A stretch of 64,000 nt of DNA, taken from positions 64,001-128,000 of IMG/VR virus record IMGVR_UViG_3300010340_000989, one strand, 5' to 3'. This stretch comes from a virus. Lineage: Duplodnaviria; Caudoviricetes. Position numbers and translations under genes: made by a program. Of the stretch, positions 9,364-19,491 are shown in pieces; position 1 is the first letter of the stretch; each line of letters opens with the position of its first letter. The notes under the pieces are model-generated. The model made no database searches and was not told the origin of the DNA. It saw only the letters and a program-made list of their open reading frames with translations.

Positions 9364-10017
9364 TCAATCTTGTAGCAATAGATCAGCTGCTGATGTCGCA
9401 GAAAAAGCACATGGTTTTGACCATACTCTATAATTCATACCCTTCAACCAAGGAACAAAAGCTCTATAAGCTAAGTTAGATTTGTTTTTAGATACACCTC
9501 TCTCATTGATAGTTCCTTCACTAGGGTTAAAATCTACGTGTATATCAACAAGTTTATAAACATTATTTTTTTCAAAATCTGTAAGAGATAAGTTTTTAAC
9601 AAATGCATCTTCTTGATGTGCTTGTAAATGATCATACTGTCCATCTGATTTAAGTAAATGAAATTTATATTTTTTCCTTTCAATTTCAGTTAAATCTTTT
9701 CTCTCATATGATCCATTAAGTTCGGTATTTAAAAATTCAGCAATATCATGACAGAACTGTGCTTCTCTTTGAAGTCGTTCAAAATTATCACGGATTTTAT
9801 CCATACTCTCTCTAAAAAAAACAACGTGCGCACCATTTCGTATATCTGTATTATAAAGCATTATAGTACAAGCATAGATTGTTCTCTTCCTTTTTTGAAT
9901 AGAATCACACCCAACACTGATTGTTGTTGATGGATCATTTTTTACATATTCTTTTAAATACTCTACGATGTCAGCGATGTATTCACCACCGAAACGTTTA
10001 AATCTATTTCTAAACAT
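9364..10017 (-). CDS. RNase H-like YkuK/DUF458 family protein
   Basis: VGCDS, RL..E, IHVDFN, KP.AF.A..AAD. Confidence 0.8.
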   Translation of the reverse strand: MFRNRFKRFGGEYIADIVEYLKEYVKNDPSTTISVGCDSIQKRKRTIYACTIMLYNTDIRNGAHVVFFRESMDKIRDNFERLQREAQFCHDIAEFLNTELNGSYERKDLTEIERKKYKFHLLKSDGQYDHLQAHQEDAFVKNLSLTDFEKNNVYKLVDIHVDFNPSEGTINERGVSKNKSNLAYRAFVPWLKGMNYRVWSKPCAFSATSAADLLLQD

Positions 10018-10018
10018 T

Positions 10019-10225
10019 TTATAATATATTTATTTTTAATATTGATTTCTTGACTAAATCGGGTGGTATAATAATAAATCCACCATCCTCAGTTGTCATT
10101 TCAAATCCTGACTCATGAAAATTTTTTGACATATCAACAATATTATTATATTGAATATCTGTTACTGATAAAATTTCACCAGAAAAAACACCATACTCAT
10201 TTATTATTTGTATTTGTATCTTCAT
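10019..10225 (-). CDS. hypothetical protein
   Basis: ORF in operon. Confidence 0.55.
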   Translation of the reverse strand: MKIQIQIINEYGVFSGEILSVTDIQYNNIVDMSKNFHESGFEMTTEDGGFIIIPPDLVKKSILKINIL

Positions 10226-10237
10226 AGTTTATCTATG

Positions 10238-10270
10238 AAAAAAAAGAGCCTTTGTTTTACAAAGGCTCTT
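10238..10270 (-). terminator. intrinsic terminator after the AAA ATPase gene
   Basis: aagagcctttgt-ttt-acaaaggctctt with an A-tract on + (U-tract on -). Confidence 0.75.
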
Positions 10271-10297
10271 ACTTTTTAAATATTCAAAACATTCCGA

Positions 10298-11413
10298 TTA
10301 TTTCTTAGTCGGCTTGTTGATATCCTTGATTACTCGTAGAACATCTTCAAATCCTAACAAGAAAGATTTAATCTTTGGTTTAGAAATATCAAGATTATTA
10401 TCAAGTATAAATAACAAGTAAGCTGTTAATTCATCCTGACCAACTCTTTTAAGGAATTTAGTCACGTTATTAAGTTGTTTATCACTAAACTTACCAAGAT
10501 CCATCTCTTTAAGAGATTGAATAAGTTCGGAATTCTTATCACGATTATATTTATTCAAATCAGCCTCTACACGATCATAATCATTGATTACATCATTGAT
10601 ATTGACATTCAACATATCTTCACAATACTGAAGGAATTTCATCGCTGAGTTTCCAACATATCCTGCTGCTACTTCTTTAAGAATTGGAAGGAACTCACGA
10701 GGACCAGATTCCATACCGAAGTTAGAAACAATGAAGTCACTCAAGAACGTCCAAGAACGTGGAGTAGCGTAAGCCTGTACTCCTTCAGCAGTTTTATACA
10801 AATTCTCTGGGTGAGCTTGTAAATAAGATACAACCATTCGGTGAACGTTATCTTTAGCGAATCCATCAACCCACTCTTGGAAAGATAATGTGTGTTTTAC
10901 GTGAATCAAACGGTTATTCAACGCTGAGTCAAACTCTTCTACGTCTGTACCATCTTCATCACCAAGGTTACCAGAAGACATCATCAATACAGTATCATTG
11001 AACTTAAAGTTAACACCAATCTGACGTTCAAGTAGAATTTGAAGAGCCGCGTTACGAACAGATTGAGAAGCTCGGTTCAACTCTTCAAAGTGGATAATTG
11101 TAGGTTGTTTATTCGCCTCAAGTGCCCAACGAGGTACAACGAAGTCAAGACATTTAACACCATCAACATCTGACACATTAGGGTATAATCCTACATCGGT
11201 TTCATCAACCATCGATAAACGAATATCCATATATCGGAAATTCATTTTCTTTGCGATAGAACGAGCAATCGCAGATTTAGCTACACCAGGTTTAGCTGTG
11301 ATGTAGAGTACACCAGACTTACCCCACATCATACGAAGATAAGACTGTTCACGTTTTGTTAGACTTGGAATCAGATCCAAGAATGATTGGGGCATCATTT
11401 TACTATTATCCAT
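10298..11413 (-). CDS. MoxR-like AAA+ ATPase (AAA_5)
   Basis: Variant Walker A AKPGVAKS, Walker B IIHFEELNRA, SGN, ALNNR, TPRSW. Confidence 0.85.
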   Translation of the reverse strand: MDNSKMMPQSFLDLIPSLTKREQSYLRMMWGKSGVLYITAKPGVAKSAIARSIAKKMNFRYMDIRLSMVDETDVGLYPNVSDVDGVKCLDFVVPRWALEANKQPTIIHFEELNRASQSVRNAALQILLERQIGVNFKFNDTVLMMSSGNLGDEDGTDVEEFDSALNNRLIHVKHTLSFQEWVDGFAKDNVHRMVVSYLQAHPENLYKTAEGVQAYATPRSWTFLSDFIVSNFGMESGPREFLPILKEVAAGYVGNSAMKFLQYCEDMLNVNINDVINDYDRVEADLNKYNRDKNSELIQSLKEMDLGKFSDKQLNNVTKFLKRVGQDELTAYLLFILDNNLDISKPKIKSFLLGFEDVLRVIKDINKPTKK

Positions 11414-11439
11414 ATTTTTTGTTTTCTTGTTTATTTATA

Positions 11440-11469
11440 CAAATATAAAAATTATTTTCTAATTACAAA
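11440..11469 (-). promoter_or_regulatory. Bacteroidota sigma70-type promoter TTTG-N18-TATATTTG
   Basis: caaatata 11440-11447; caaa 11466-11469. Confidence 0.75.
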
Positions 11470-11483
11470 TTATTTTGAATTTA

Positions 11484-11517
11484 TAATCTCACTTCATTGA
11501 ATTATGAAGTGAGATTA
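11484..11517 (-). terminator. 14-bp-stem hairpin after 11523..12143
   Basis: taatctcacttcat-tgaatt-atgaagtgagatta. Confidence 0.65.
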
Positions 11518-11522
11518 ATTTT

Positions 11523-12143
11523 TTATCCTTTAACTACTTCTACGTTTTTAAGTGAAATAACTGGTTTTACTTCTTCCATAACTTTCTCAACTGAGCCATA
11601 ATTTTTCATTACATCAATTGTACCTTTTGCTACTGAGAAAGCAGTCACAGCTTTGATAATTTTACCTTTATCTTCATCAGAAATATCTTCACAGTTTTCA
11701 ATCAAAGTTGAAAGAACTTCACCATATTTCTCAATCATTTCATTATCGAAAGCGAAAGTTGTTTTTTCTTCAACAATTTCATCACCATACTCTTCACGAA
11801 GAGCTTCTGCTTTTTCAGGAGAAAGTGAAATATATTTATCAGAAGGAACAAACATAACTTGTGCAGTATCCTCACCAACAACAGTTTCTAACATCACAGA
11901 ACCTGGATTTTTACCAGTTTTTTGATACAGTTCTGACCATTTCTCTTTACCAAGATCTTTAATTTCATCAGAAATCATATCAGCTTTAGCTTTATCAGAC
12001 TTCATACGATCTTGAAGAATTTCAAGATTTTGAACTTTTTTGAAAAAAGAATCATTTTCAATTTTGATACGAACTTTAGTATCTTTCTTATCAGTTGTTT
12101 TAGTAACTGCTTTTGATTTTGCCTTTGAAAAAAGATTAGCCAT
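11523..12143 (-). CDS. hypothetical protein, probably early and highly expressed
   Basis: Two upstream TATATTTG elements; own terminator. Confidence 0.75.
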   Translation of the reverse strand: MANLFSKAKSKAVTKTTDKKDTKVRIKIENDSFFKKVQNLEILQDRMKSDKAKADMISDEIKDLGKEKWSELYQKTGKNPGSVMLETVVGEDTAQVMFVPSDKYISLSPEKAEALREEYGDEIVEEKTTFAFDNEMIEKYGEVLSTLIENCEDISDEDKGKIIKAVTAFSVAKGTIDVMKNYGSVEKVMEEVKPVISLKNVEVVKG

Positions 12144-12178
12144 ATTTTTTTGAGTTTCGTTGTTGTTTGTTTGTTTTA

Positions 12179-12271
12179 CAAATATACGAAATTTTTCTAA
12201 ACCACCAAAATTTATTTTATTTTTTGATGAGTTTTATTGATTTCGTTTCTTTCTTTAGTTTTACAAATATA
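12179..12271 (-). promoter_or_regulatory. tandem Bacteroidota-type promoters
   Basis: caaatata 12179-12186 with caaa at 12206-12209 (N19), and caaatata 12264-12271. Confidence 0.7.
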
Positions 12272-12282
12272 AGGAAAAAATC

Positions 12283-12603
12283 TTAATAATCATCATCATA
12301 ATCATTACCTCTATAACGACGACCTGTATAATCATCACTATCGTCTATATCATCTATATCATCATCTATATCATCATCATCAAGATTATCTATATAAGGA
12401 TATACTTCTAATTTATCAAAAAAATGACATAAATCCTCAATTTCATCATCTGTTAAATCAATATCTTTAATTTTAAAAAGATATTGATCTTCTGAATTAT
12501 ACTCAATTTTTCCTTCTTCCAATAGAAAATCAAGTTTTTCAAATAGTTTTGTCTCATTCGAGCACTCGTCAAATGAATAACGTGTAAAAAGTTTTGAACT
12601 CAT
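12283..12603 (-). CDS. hypothetical protein with acidic tail
   Basis: Asp-rich C-terminus. Confidence 0.65.
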   Translation of the reverse strand: MSSKLFTRYSFDECSNETKLFEKLDFLLEEGKIEYNSEDQYLFKIKDIDLTDDEIEDLCHFFDKLEVYPYIDNLDDDDIDDDIDDIDDSDDYTGRRYRGNDYDDDY

Positions 12604-12616
12604 ATATTTAATTAAA

Positions 12617-13360
12617 TTATTTTAGTATTTTGTAAATTTCTGTAAGAGGCAATCTAGGTAAGTCAGTAGATTTTTTATACTTAGTAAGAATATAAAATTT
12701 ATTTTCCGATTCTAAATATCCAACATCCATTATTATATCACCACACAATACTTTTAAAAGATCATCTGAAATAGAAATAGGGATAATATCTAAATCTTTA
12801 GGTTCTTCAAAGTTTGAAATTTCTCTAACAAAATTGAAATTCTCTTTCTTATAAAATTCTTGCTTTAAAAGTTGTAAAAACTTTGATTTAATTTGCATAA
12901 CTTCATTTTTTCTAACCCCGAAAACATCTTTCCATTTAAATCCCAATGTGATGTGCATATCATGTTCTGATAATTTATACCTATCCCTTATAGCTTGTAA
13001 TTTATCTGATTTACCTACAACAAAATATGTAGTATTCTCATTTTTAGATGCTGTCCCCAATCCTAACAATTGTAAATCATCAATAGCATAACTAAATATT
13101 GATTGCAACGAATTAATAAAATTACTAATTCCCATTTCTTTTGAGAGTTTATTATAATCCATAACATTAATGACAGTCATGTGATAACCACCATCATTAT
13201 GATCTCTCTTTTGTTGATTATCAGTATAGATTTTATAATCCTCTTCTGATAAGACTTCTTTTAATTTGTTTAAGAATGGTTCAACGGTATTATGATCAAA
13301 TTTAATCCCTAAATAATTATTACCAATTGCATCCTTTAAATATGTTAAGTAAAATATCAT
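12617..13360 (-). CDS. 2H phosphoesterase (putative 2',3'-cyclic phosphodiesterase)
   Basis: Two HxT motifs: YHMTVI and HITLGF. Confidence 0.8.
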   Translation of the reverse strand: MIFYLTYLKDAIGNNYLGIKFDHNTVEPFLNKLKEVLSEEDYKIYTDNQQKRDHNDGGYHMTVINVMDYNKLSKEMGISNFINSLQSIFSYAIDDLQLLGLGTASKNENTTYFVVGKSDKLQAIRDRYKLSEHDMHITLGFKWKDVFGVRKNEVMQIKSKFLQLLKQEFYKKENFNFVREISNFEEPKDLDIIPISISDDLLKVLCGDIIMDVGYLESENKFYILTKYKKSTDLPRLPLTEIYKILK

Positions 13361-13389
13361 TAATTTTATATTTTTGATTATATATAAAA

Positions 13390-13965
13390 TTATTTTAATA
13401 AAGTTACTGATCCATATTTAATAAAATAACTAGAATTTATTTTACATATTATTTTATAAACATATAAATCATCTTGAACCATTCTTCCCTTATAAGTTCC
13501 ATCCCATCCATAATCCGGATCATTTGATATAAATATACGTTCTCCCCATTTATTAAATATTTCTAATACAAAATCTTTAGAATCTACTTTTCCAAGTATT
13601 TTAAATGTATCATTTATATTATCACCATTAGGAGTAAAAGCAGAAGGTATCCAAATTAATTCACAAGGTTTAGATTCAATTATTACTTTTCTAACATCTC
13701 CTTGACATCCATATTGATTAAACTCAACAACACTTAATACAAAATTCATATTTGTATCTGGGAATAAAACTGTCACTTTATTATTATCCTGGGATAATAT
13801 TGTACCATTATTCAAATCCCACTTATAAGTAGAACCATCATTAAAATCGACATAGAATTTTTGTATCCTATCAACAGAATCACAGTTATTATAACTGATT
13901 GTTTGTGATTTAAGATTAAAATTAAATGAAAAAAGAAGGAATAGGGTCACTATCAATTTCATCAC
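13390..13965 (-). CDS. secreted PKD/Ig-like protein with T9SS type-B CTD
   Basis: Signal peptide; GSTYKW; IPSAFTPNGDNINDTF...IFNKWGE...GWDGTYKG...YVYKI...GSVTLLK. Confidence 0.85.
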   Translation of the reverse strand: MMKLIVTLFLLFSFNFNLKSQTISYNNCDSVDRIQKFYVDFNDGSTYKWDLNNGTILSQDNNKVTVLFPDTNMNFVLSVVEFNQYGCQGDVRKVIIESKPCELIWIPSAFTPNGDNINDTFKILGKVDSKDFVLEIFNKWGERIFISNDPDYGWDGTYKGRMVQDDLYVYKIICKINSSYFIKYGSVTLLK

Positions 13966-14013
13966 TTTACCTAATATTTTATGTATATATTACTAGGTAA
14001 ATCAATAAAAATA

Positions 14014-14616
14014 CTATTGCTTGTAAATTGGTGAAGTAATTGGGGTTGGGTTTACAATTATATTATAAGTTGCCACACCAGAACATCCATTTGGATCATT
14101 ATAAGTATATGTTACTGTTTGAGAACCAACTGATGGATTAAAAGTATTACCTACTACACCAACACCTGAAAATATACCACCTGAAGGATTACCAACTAAA
14201 TTTACTATTGGATCACCAGCACAAAATGGACCAATTGCATTTATTGTCACATTTGGACCAGAAACAACATCTATTAAACAATTGACTGGTAACCCAACAC
14301 AACCTTGAGCATTTGTCTCTGTAACTTGTAAAGTATATGAACCCACAACAGAACCCCAATTGATTATTACCAATGCTGATCCTTGACCTGATGCAATTGT
14401 TCCACCACCAGATAGTGTCCAGTTATATGTTGATCCTGGAGTATTGATTACAAAGTAATCTTGATTTTGAGAGTTTATACATACAACATCTGGACAAACT
14501 TGTGTTTGTGAAAACACAGTAGAAGATATTAAAACGAATAATAATAATAAAAGTTTTTTCATAAAAAAGAGGTTTAATTTTCCAATTATATATTGAAAAA
14601 TCAAACCTCCTTCCAA
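14014..14616 (-). CDS. secreted PKD/Ig-like repeat protein (probable start MKKLLLL)
   Basis: Signal peptide; GSTYNW, GGIFSG.GV.GNTFNP, VTYTY.D.NGC. Confidence 0.75.
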   Translation of the reverse strand: MEGGLIFQYIIGKLNLFFMKKLLLLLFVLISSTVFSQTQVCPDVVCINSQNQDYFVINTPGSTYNWTLSGGGTIASGQGSALVIINWGSVVGSYTLQVTETNAQGCVGLPVNCLIDVVSGPNVTINAIGPFCAGDPIVNLVGNPSGGIFSGVGVVGNTFNPSVGSQTVTYTYNDPNGCSGVATYNIIVNPTPITSPIYKQ

Positions 14617-14623
14617 AATTAAA

Positions 14624-14872
14624 TTATTTTTCTGTCATTTCTATAAGTTCTAAAATTCTATCCTTATCTAATTCACACTGTTTAGCAGTTTTTATAATAA
14701 TTTCTTTACCACTTTCTGTTGATAAAAGTTTTTCAAAATTATCTTTATCTGAAATTAATTTAGATAAAGTCCAAAAAGCACCTAATTTATTTCTAAGCTT
14801 ATCCTGTACAGACTCTGTGGAAAAGTCATTATCGTGTTCGTTTTCTATCGATTCTGTAAATTTCTTAATCAT
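14624..14872 (-). CDS. hypothetical protein with N-terminal leader
   Basis: MIKKFTES. Confidence 0.6.
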   Translation of the reverse strand: MIKKFTESIENEHDNDFSTESVQDKLRNKLGAFWTLSKLISDKDNFEKLLSTESGKEIIIKTAKQCELDKDRILELIEMTEK

Positions 14873-16062
14873 AACATTTGTTTAAATTTTTCTATTTCCA
14901 ATCTCTTGATTTCATCACCTAAAGCTTTATTTTTTTTAAAACCTTTAGATATCAAATCTTCGGAAGATACACTAGGAATATAGTCAATAAATCTAATAAA
15001 AATCTTATCATGAACTCCACAAGTATCCAACCAATCAATAATTTGATCAACTTCACAATGACATCTTACTTTTTTCTTATATAAATCAAGAGCATTCTCT
15101 GGTGTTAATTTTAACAAATCTAATAGAAATACAACTTTAGGAGCAGTATCATACTTATCCGCAATTTTATATGATTGTACCATTTTAGTCTTAAGATTTT
15201 TAGTATCTTCAAACTTAAATAAGTTAGCAATATATGATGTTAATTTATGAGCCTCTTCAATATTAGTATTGATTTTAGAACCTGGAAATACTTGTTCCCA
15301 CATATCAAATTCATTAAAAAATTCAAGATATTGTTTGTAGGATTTAGCTTGTTTAAAAGCTTTCAACATTTCTTCCCATATTCTTTCTTGAGAAACATCA
15401 TCTTTCGGACCAATTCCTTTAAGTCGATTATCTTTTTTAATAGCATCAGCTGTTTTATCTTCAATTTTACCACCTGTTCTAGCAGCAAATCTAAAAACTC
15501 TTAAAATTCTAAGTCTATCTTCAATAAATCTTTGACTAGCGTCACCAACAGCTCTAATTATACCATTTTTGATATCATCAACACCACCTACTAAATCAAT
15601 AATTTGTTTCTTTTTAATATCATAGAACAAAGCATTAATAGTTAAGTCTCTTCTATTACAATCATCTTCTATTGTAACATTATCTCCCATTTCCACTTTC
15701 TGATCATCACCTTTTGTATCTCTTCCACCTGAGATATCCTTTCTATATGACGCAATCTCATATCCAGTTGGTTCATCTTTGGTAAAAACCCTCAATACTC
15801 CAAAGTTTTTACCTTGTTCATCAGATACATTAAACCCCTTCAATATCTCTTTAGATTCGTTTGGTAAGGCATTTGTCACTAAATCATAATCTTTAGGAGA
15901 AATTCCTTTCACAAAATCTCTAACAGCACCACCTACTAAGAAAATATCTTTACCAGCCTTTATATAAGCATTAGATATTTCTATAATATCATTTGGTAAA
16001 GGAATATCAGTAGATATTCTATTTTTAAGGCTTTCACAGAAGAGTTTGTATCTAGTTATCAT
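14869..16062 (-). CDS. cca: class II tRNA nucleotidyltransferase (CCA-adding/poly(A) polymerase family)
   Basis: VGGAVRD...DYD, RRDLTINAL, RFIEDRLRILR..RFAAR, SQERIWEE; ATG start at 16062 gives MITRYKLFCES. Confidence 0.9.
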   Translation of the reverse strand: MITRYKLFCESLKNRISTDIPLPNDIIEISNAYIKAGKDIFLVGGAVRDFVKGISPKDYDLVTNALPNESKEILKGFNVSDEQGKNFGVLRVFTKDEPTGYEIASYRKDISGGRDTKGDDQKVEMGDNVTIEDDCNRRDLTINALFYDIKKKQIIDLVGGVDDIKNGIIRAVGDASQRFIEDRLRILRVFRFAARTGGKIEDKTADAIKKDNRLKGIGPKDDVSQERIWEEMLKAFKQAKSYKQYLEFFNEFDMWEQVFPGSKINTNIEEAHKLTSYIANLFKFEDTKNLKTKMVQSYKIADKYDTAPKVVFLLDLLKLTPENALDLYKKKVRCHCEVDQIIDWLDTCGVHDKIFIRFIDYIPSVSSEDLISKGFKKNKALGDEIKRLEIEKFKQML

Positions 16063-16081
16063 AATGTAAATATACAAAAAA

Positions 16082-16867
16082 TTAACGAATCAATATATGA
16101 GATGCTGGAATTTTTCTCAAATCAGTAACTATACGATCCTGACTAATTCCGTAATCACTGTATATTTCTAATCCTTGAATAATTTCTTTTTCAACTAACT
16201 CATATAGATTTGAATTATCAGTTGAAGACTTATTCAAATCTGAATTCTCATCAAAAATATCCATAAATATTTTCTTCAATTGCTGTCTAGTTTTCATACC
16301 TGAAATTTGAACCTCGGCTACCGAATCATCATAACTATCTAGTTGGATTTTTGAGAAACTGGTTTTACCATTGACCACGGTATAATCGACGCTAAACCAA
16401 AATCCCCAGAAAAATCCGTTATAAAAATCTAAATCTTCAAAATTATCTGAAATATTTTTGATATCATCTTCACTAGTCGGGATCAACCCAACAGAGAATC
16501 GTATTGAAATTGTCCTATTATCTTGTTCTTCATCATGCCAGAATTCCTGCAAATCTGTAAATTCTGGACATATTTCTAAGTAAAACTCAACATTTCCACC
16601 TCTATATGAGTCTTCAGAACCAGGTGAATAGAGATCAAATCTAAATGTTCCAAATTTAGAATATTTATCTACTTTTCTTTTCCATTTATCCATCGATTCT
16701 CTCATTTCCATATCACCAGCATGAGATTTTAATTTATCAGCTCTTTCGGCAGCATTAATACTTCTAGCTAATCTTGGATCATCTTTTACTATTTTTTGTA
16801 GTTTTCTAGAGGCTCTCATATATGTTGAAGAGTTGAGTTCTTCGTTAAATCTTTTTAAATGTTTCAT
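16082..16867 (-). CDS. hypothetical protein with N-terminal leader (putative internal virion protein)
   Basis: MKHLKRFNEEL; N-terminus similar to 16883..17680. Confidence 0.75.
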   Translation of the reverse strand: MKHLKRFNEELNSSTYMRASRKLQKIVKDDPRLARSINAAERADKLKSHAGDMEMRESMDKWKRKVDKYSKFGTFRFDLYSPGSEDSYRGGNVEFYLEICPEFTDLQEFWHDEEQDNRTISIRFSVGLIPTSEDDIKNISDNFEDLDFYNGFFWGFWFSVDYTVVNGKTSFSKIQLDSYDDSVAEVQISGMKTRQQLKKIFMDIFDENSDLNKSSTDNSNLYELVEKEIIQGLEIYSDYGISQDRIVTDLRKIPASHILIR

Positions 16868-16882
16868 TTTAAATAATTTTTT

Positions 16883-17680
16883 TTAGTGGGAAATCCTTTT
16901 GAAGGCTTCTTTAGGATCTTCATTATATAATTTATTAGTATTAATATTTTTAAATTCATCTAATATCATCTCTACATCTGATATTTCAATTGTAGATATT
17001 ATATTAGGAAGAATTTCAAACATAGCTTCTGAATTAGTCATATATTTATCATCGTCTTCATTTTTATATCCAGTATAAACTTTTATTTCATTAGTTAATA
17101 CTTTTCTAAGAATATTTCTAAAATTATTAGCAGATTTTCTATCACTAAACATAGTGCCAAGCTCACCATAAGTAAAAATCGTTATCGGAGAAACTCTATC
17201 TATATTACCATTCTCATTTAGATTAAAATGTGTATGTAATTCCATTGGCCAAAACTTATAAGAACTAAGTTCGCATTCATCTTTAAATAAATCTATATAT
17301 TCTGGTTTAATTTTAGATAACTCTGATTCATTTATTTCAAACGAAATAGTAATAGATACTGGTAAAATATTAGTACTTTTATGATATTCAATATCATCTT
17401 TTAACAAATCCAGATTAAGTTCAATCTTGTTAAGTTTAGCTTTTATTGGAGTATCAGAAATAATGCCACTTGTTATTCCTTTTCTTGATGTTGCTGTTGC
17501 TGGGTAAGAAGTCATCCATTTAATCCAAATATTGAATTCACCAACATCACCAAGCTTACCTTTCTTAGCCCAGTCAATTAGTTTTTGTCCCCTTTCAAGA
17601 TGTCCTACCTTTTTAAGATTATCACCAGCATTTATATAAGTTTCTATATTAAGTTCTTCAAATTTTTTTAAGTGCCTCAT
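16883..17680 (-). CDS. hypothetical protein with N-terminal leader
   Basis: MRHLKKFEELN..TY..A...L. Confidence 0.75.
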   Translation of the reverse strand: MRHLKKFEELNIETYINAGDNLKKVGHLERGQKLIDWAKKGKLGDVGEFNIWIKWMTSYPATATSRKGITSGIISDTPIKAKLNKIELNLDLLKDDIEYHKSTNILPVSITISFEINESELSKIKPEYIDLFKDECELSSYKFWPMELHTHFNLNENGNIDRVSPITIFTYGELGTMFSDRKSANNFRNILRKVLTNEIKVYTGYKNEDDDKYMTNSEAMFEILPNIISTIEISDVEMILDEFKNINTNKLYNEDPKEAFKRISH

Positions 17681-17696
17681 TGTTTATAAAATTGAA

Positions 17697-17714
17697 TTTT
17701 AATATATATTAAAA
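17697..17714. promoter_or_regulatory. 18-bp perfect palindrome carrying TAATATATA on both strands; candidate bidirectional late promoter
   Basis: ttttaatatatattaaaa between divergent leader-bearing operons. Confidence 0.55.
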
Positions 17715-17953
17715 TGAGATACTTGAAATTTTTTGAAGCATTTAAATATAAAAACTTTACTCTACAAGACATAATAGATTGTATTCAAAGTAAAGGATTT
17801 ATTTATGCAACTATTATTAATAATTTACCTGATAATGATCCAGATATGGCAATTAACCCAATGAGTGTAGATGATGACGGTTTAATTACGGTTGAAATTG
17901 ATGGAAAAGAATATGAAGTTGAATTAAAAAATGTTGAAAAAATAGAATTTTAA
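17714..17953 (+). CDS. hypothetical protein with N-terminal leader
   Basis: MRYLKFFEA. Confidence 0.7.
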   Translation: MRYLKFFEAFKYKNFTLQDIIDCIQSKGFIYATIINNLPDNDPDMAINPMSVDDDGLITVEIDGKEYEVELKNVEKIEF

Positions 17954-18429
17954 TGATTAAAAGTTGGGAATTGTTTTTAGAATCAAATAACAGGGATCAA
18001 GAAATACTTGATAATATTAGGGATATTCTTATATCTCTTAAAGTAGATCATTCTATTAGAGTTTTAATAAGAAGCTATGTAGAAGAGTTTGGTAAAGTTA
18101 TGGTTTCTTTTATAATAGAAGGAAAAATTGGAATAGAAGAAGTTCAAACTATATTACACTTGGATAGTTATTTAAAAAGCGAAGAGTTTGATCCTAAGGC
18201 AAAATCTAATAAGATAAATGAATTAGATGTTGTTGTTCAAAGAAAAAGTGGGAAACTTGATCAGTATTCTATTAGCAAATTGCTAACAATGCTAAACGGT
18301 GTAAATAAAGATGTTATTGACTTGACTAGAATTGAGTTTCAATACTATCTACCAGATTATCTTAGATATTATAATGATAAAAACGGAAATATTTTTAAAA
18401 TTGGAGATTTGATTATTTATTTACATTGA
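17953..18429 (+). CDS. paralog-family protein with N-terminal leader
   Basis: MIKSWELFLES-NNRDQEILDNIRDIL; near-duplicate of 18470. Confidence 0.75.
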   Translation: MIKSWELFLESNNRDQEILDNIRDILISLKVDHSIRVLIRSYVEEFGKVMVSFIIEGKIGIEEVQTILHLDSYLKSEEFDPKAKSNKINELDVVVQRKSGKLDQYSISKLLTMLNGVNKDVIDLTRIEFQYYLPDYLRYYNDKNGNIFKIGDLIIYLH

Positions 18430-18469
18430 GAACTATATTAAAAAATAGCAAGCAAACAATAACTGAATT

Positions 18470-18994
18470 ATGATTAAGGACTGGAAATTATTTTTAGAAT
18501 CAAATAACAGAGATCAAGAAATACTTGATAATATTAGGGATATTTTGTTGTCCTTAAATGATAGTTGTGACCTTATAAGAGTCTATATACCATCTTTTAT
18601 AGAAGAATTTGGCAGAGTTAAGGTTCATTTTATAATAGAAGGTAAAATAGGAATAGAAGAAATTCAAGTAATAAAACATTTAAATTCATATTTAGAAAGT
18701 GAAGAATTTAAATGTTCAATACCTAGAAGAGGAACAGATAATAGATTTAACCAGGCAGACTGGTTTAAAGAATTGAATGTTATTGTTCAAAGAAGAGAAG
18801 GTGGTGTATATAAATATTCTCTTAATGAAATAATAAGATTATTAAATATGGAAAATTCCATATTTAATAAAAAACCAGTATATAATTTAGTAAGAATTGA
18901 TTTTGCGTACTATGTACCAGATTATCTTAATGATGGAAATATTTTCCAAATTGGACAAGGAAAAGATTTAATAAGAAATAATATATATGGTTAA
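18470..18994 (+). CDS. paralog-family protein with N-terminal leader
   Basis: MIKDWKLFLES-NNRDQEILDNIRDIL. Confidence 0.75.
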   Translation: MIKDWKLFLESNNRDQEILDNIRDILLSLNDSCDLIRVYIPSFIEEFGRVKVHFIIEGKIGIEEIQVIKHLNSYLESEEFKCSIPRRGTDNRFNQADWFKELNVIVQRREGGVYKYSLNEIIRLLNMENSIFNKKPVYNLVRIDFAYYVPDYLNDGNIFQIGQGKDLIRNNIYG

Positions 18995-19475
18995 GAACTG
19001 GAAGTTATTTTTAGAAGCATTCGATCCATTCGAAGGAGATCCATTTAGAGAAGAAATTCTAAATAATGTTAATGATATATTATCTGGATTAAAAGATAAT
19101 GGATTTTATATTGATATCGTCTATGGATTTTCTTTCACTATAAATAATAAACTCTTAATTAACATAAAAGGTAAGGAATTTCCGTTTAGACCGGATGGTA
19201 TTGAATCATTATTTATATCATCAGATGATTTTCAATCAATAATACACTTAAACAACTATTTAATAAGTGAGGAGTTTGAACCTATTTCAAATAATATACT
19301 TAAAGAATTAGATATTAAATTTAACACATTTAAATCGGACAATCTAAACTCTGAAATGAAGAGAATGTCTTATCCAATTAGTAGATTGGAATATTCTTTA
19401 AAGAAAAATGGTATGAAAATTAATTTCATATATTTTGAATACATCCTACCAAAATTTGCTAAATTATTCAGATAA
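18987..19475 (+). CDS. paralog-family protein with N-terminal leader
   Basis: MVKNWKLFLEA; EILNNVNDIL; HLNNYLISEEF. Confidence 0.75.
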   Translation: MVKNWKLFLEAFDPFEGDPFREEILNNVNDILSGLKDNGFYIDIVYGFSFTINNKLLINIKGKEFPFRPDGIESLFISSDDFQSIIHLNNYLISEEFEPISNNILKELDIKFNTFKSDNLNSEMKRMSYPISRLEYSLKKNGMKINFIYFEYILPKFAKLFR

Positions 19476-19491
19476 AAATATATTCAATTAA

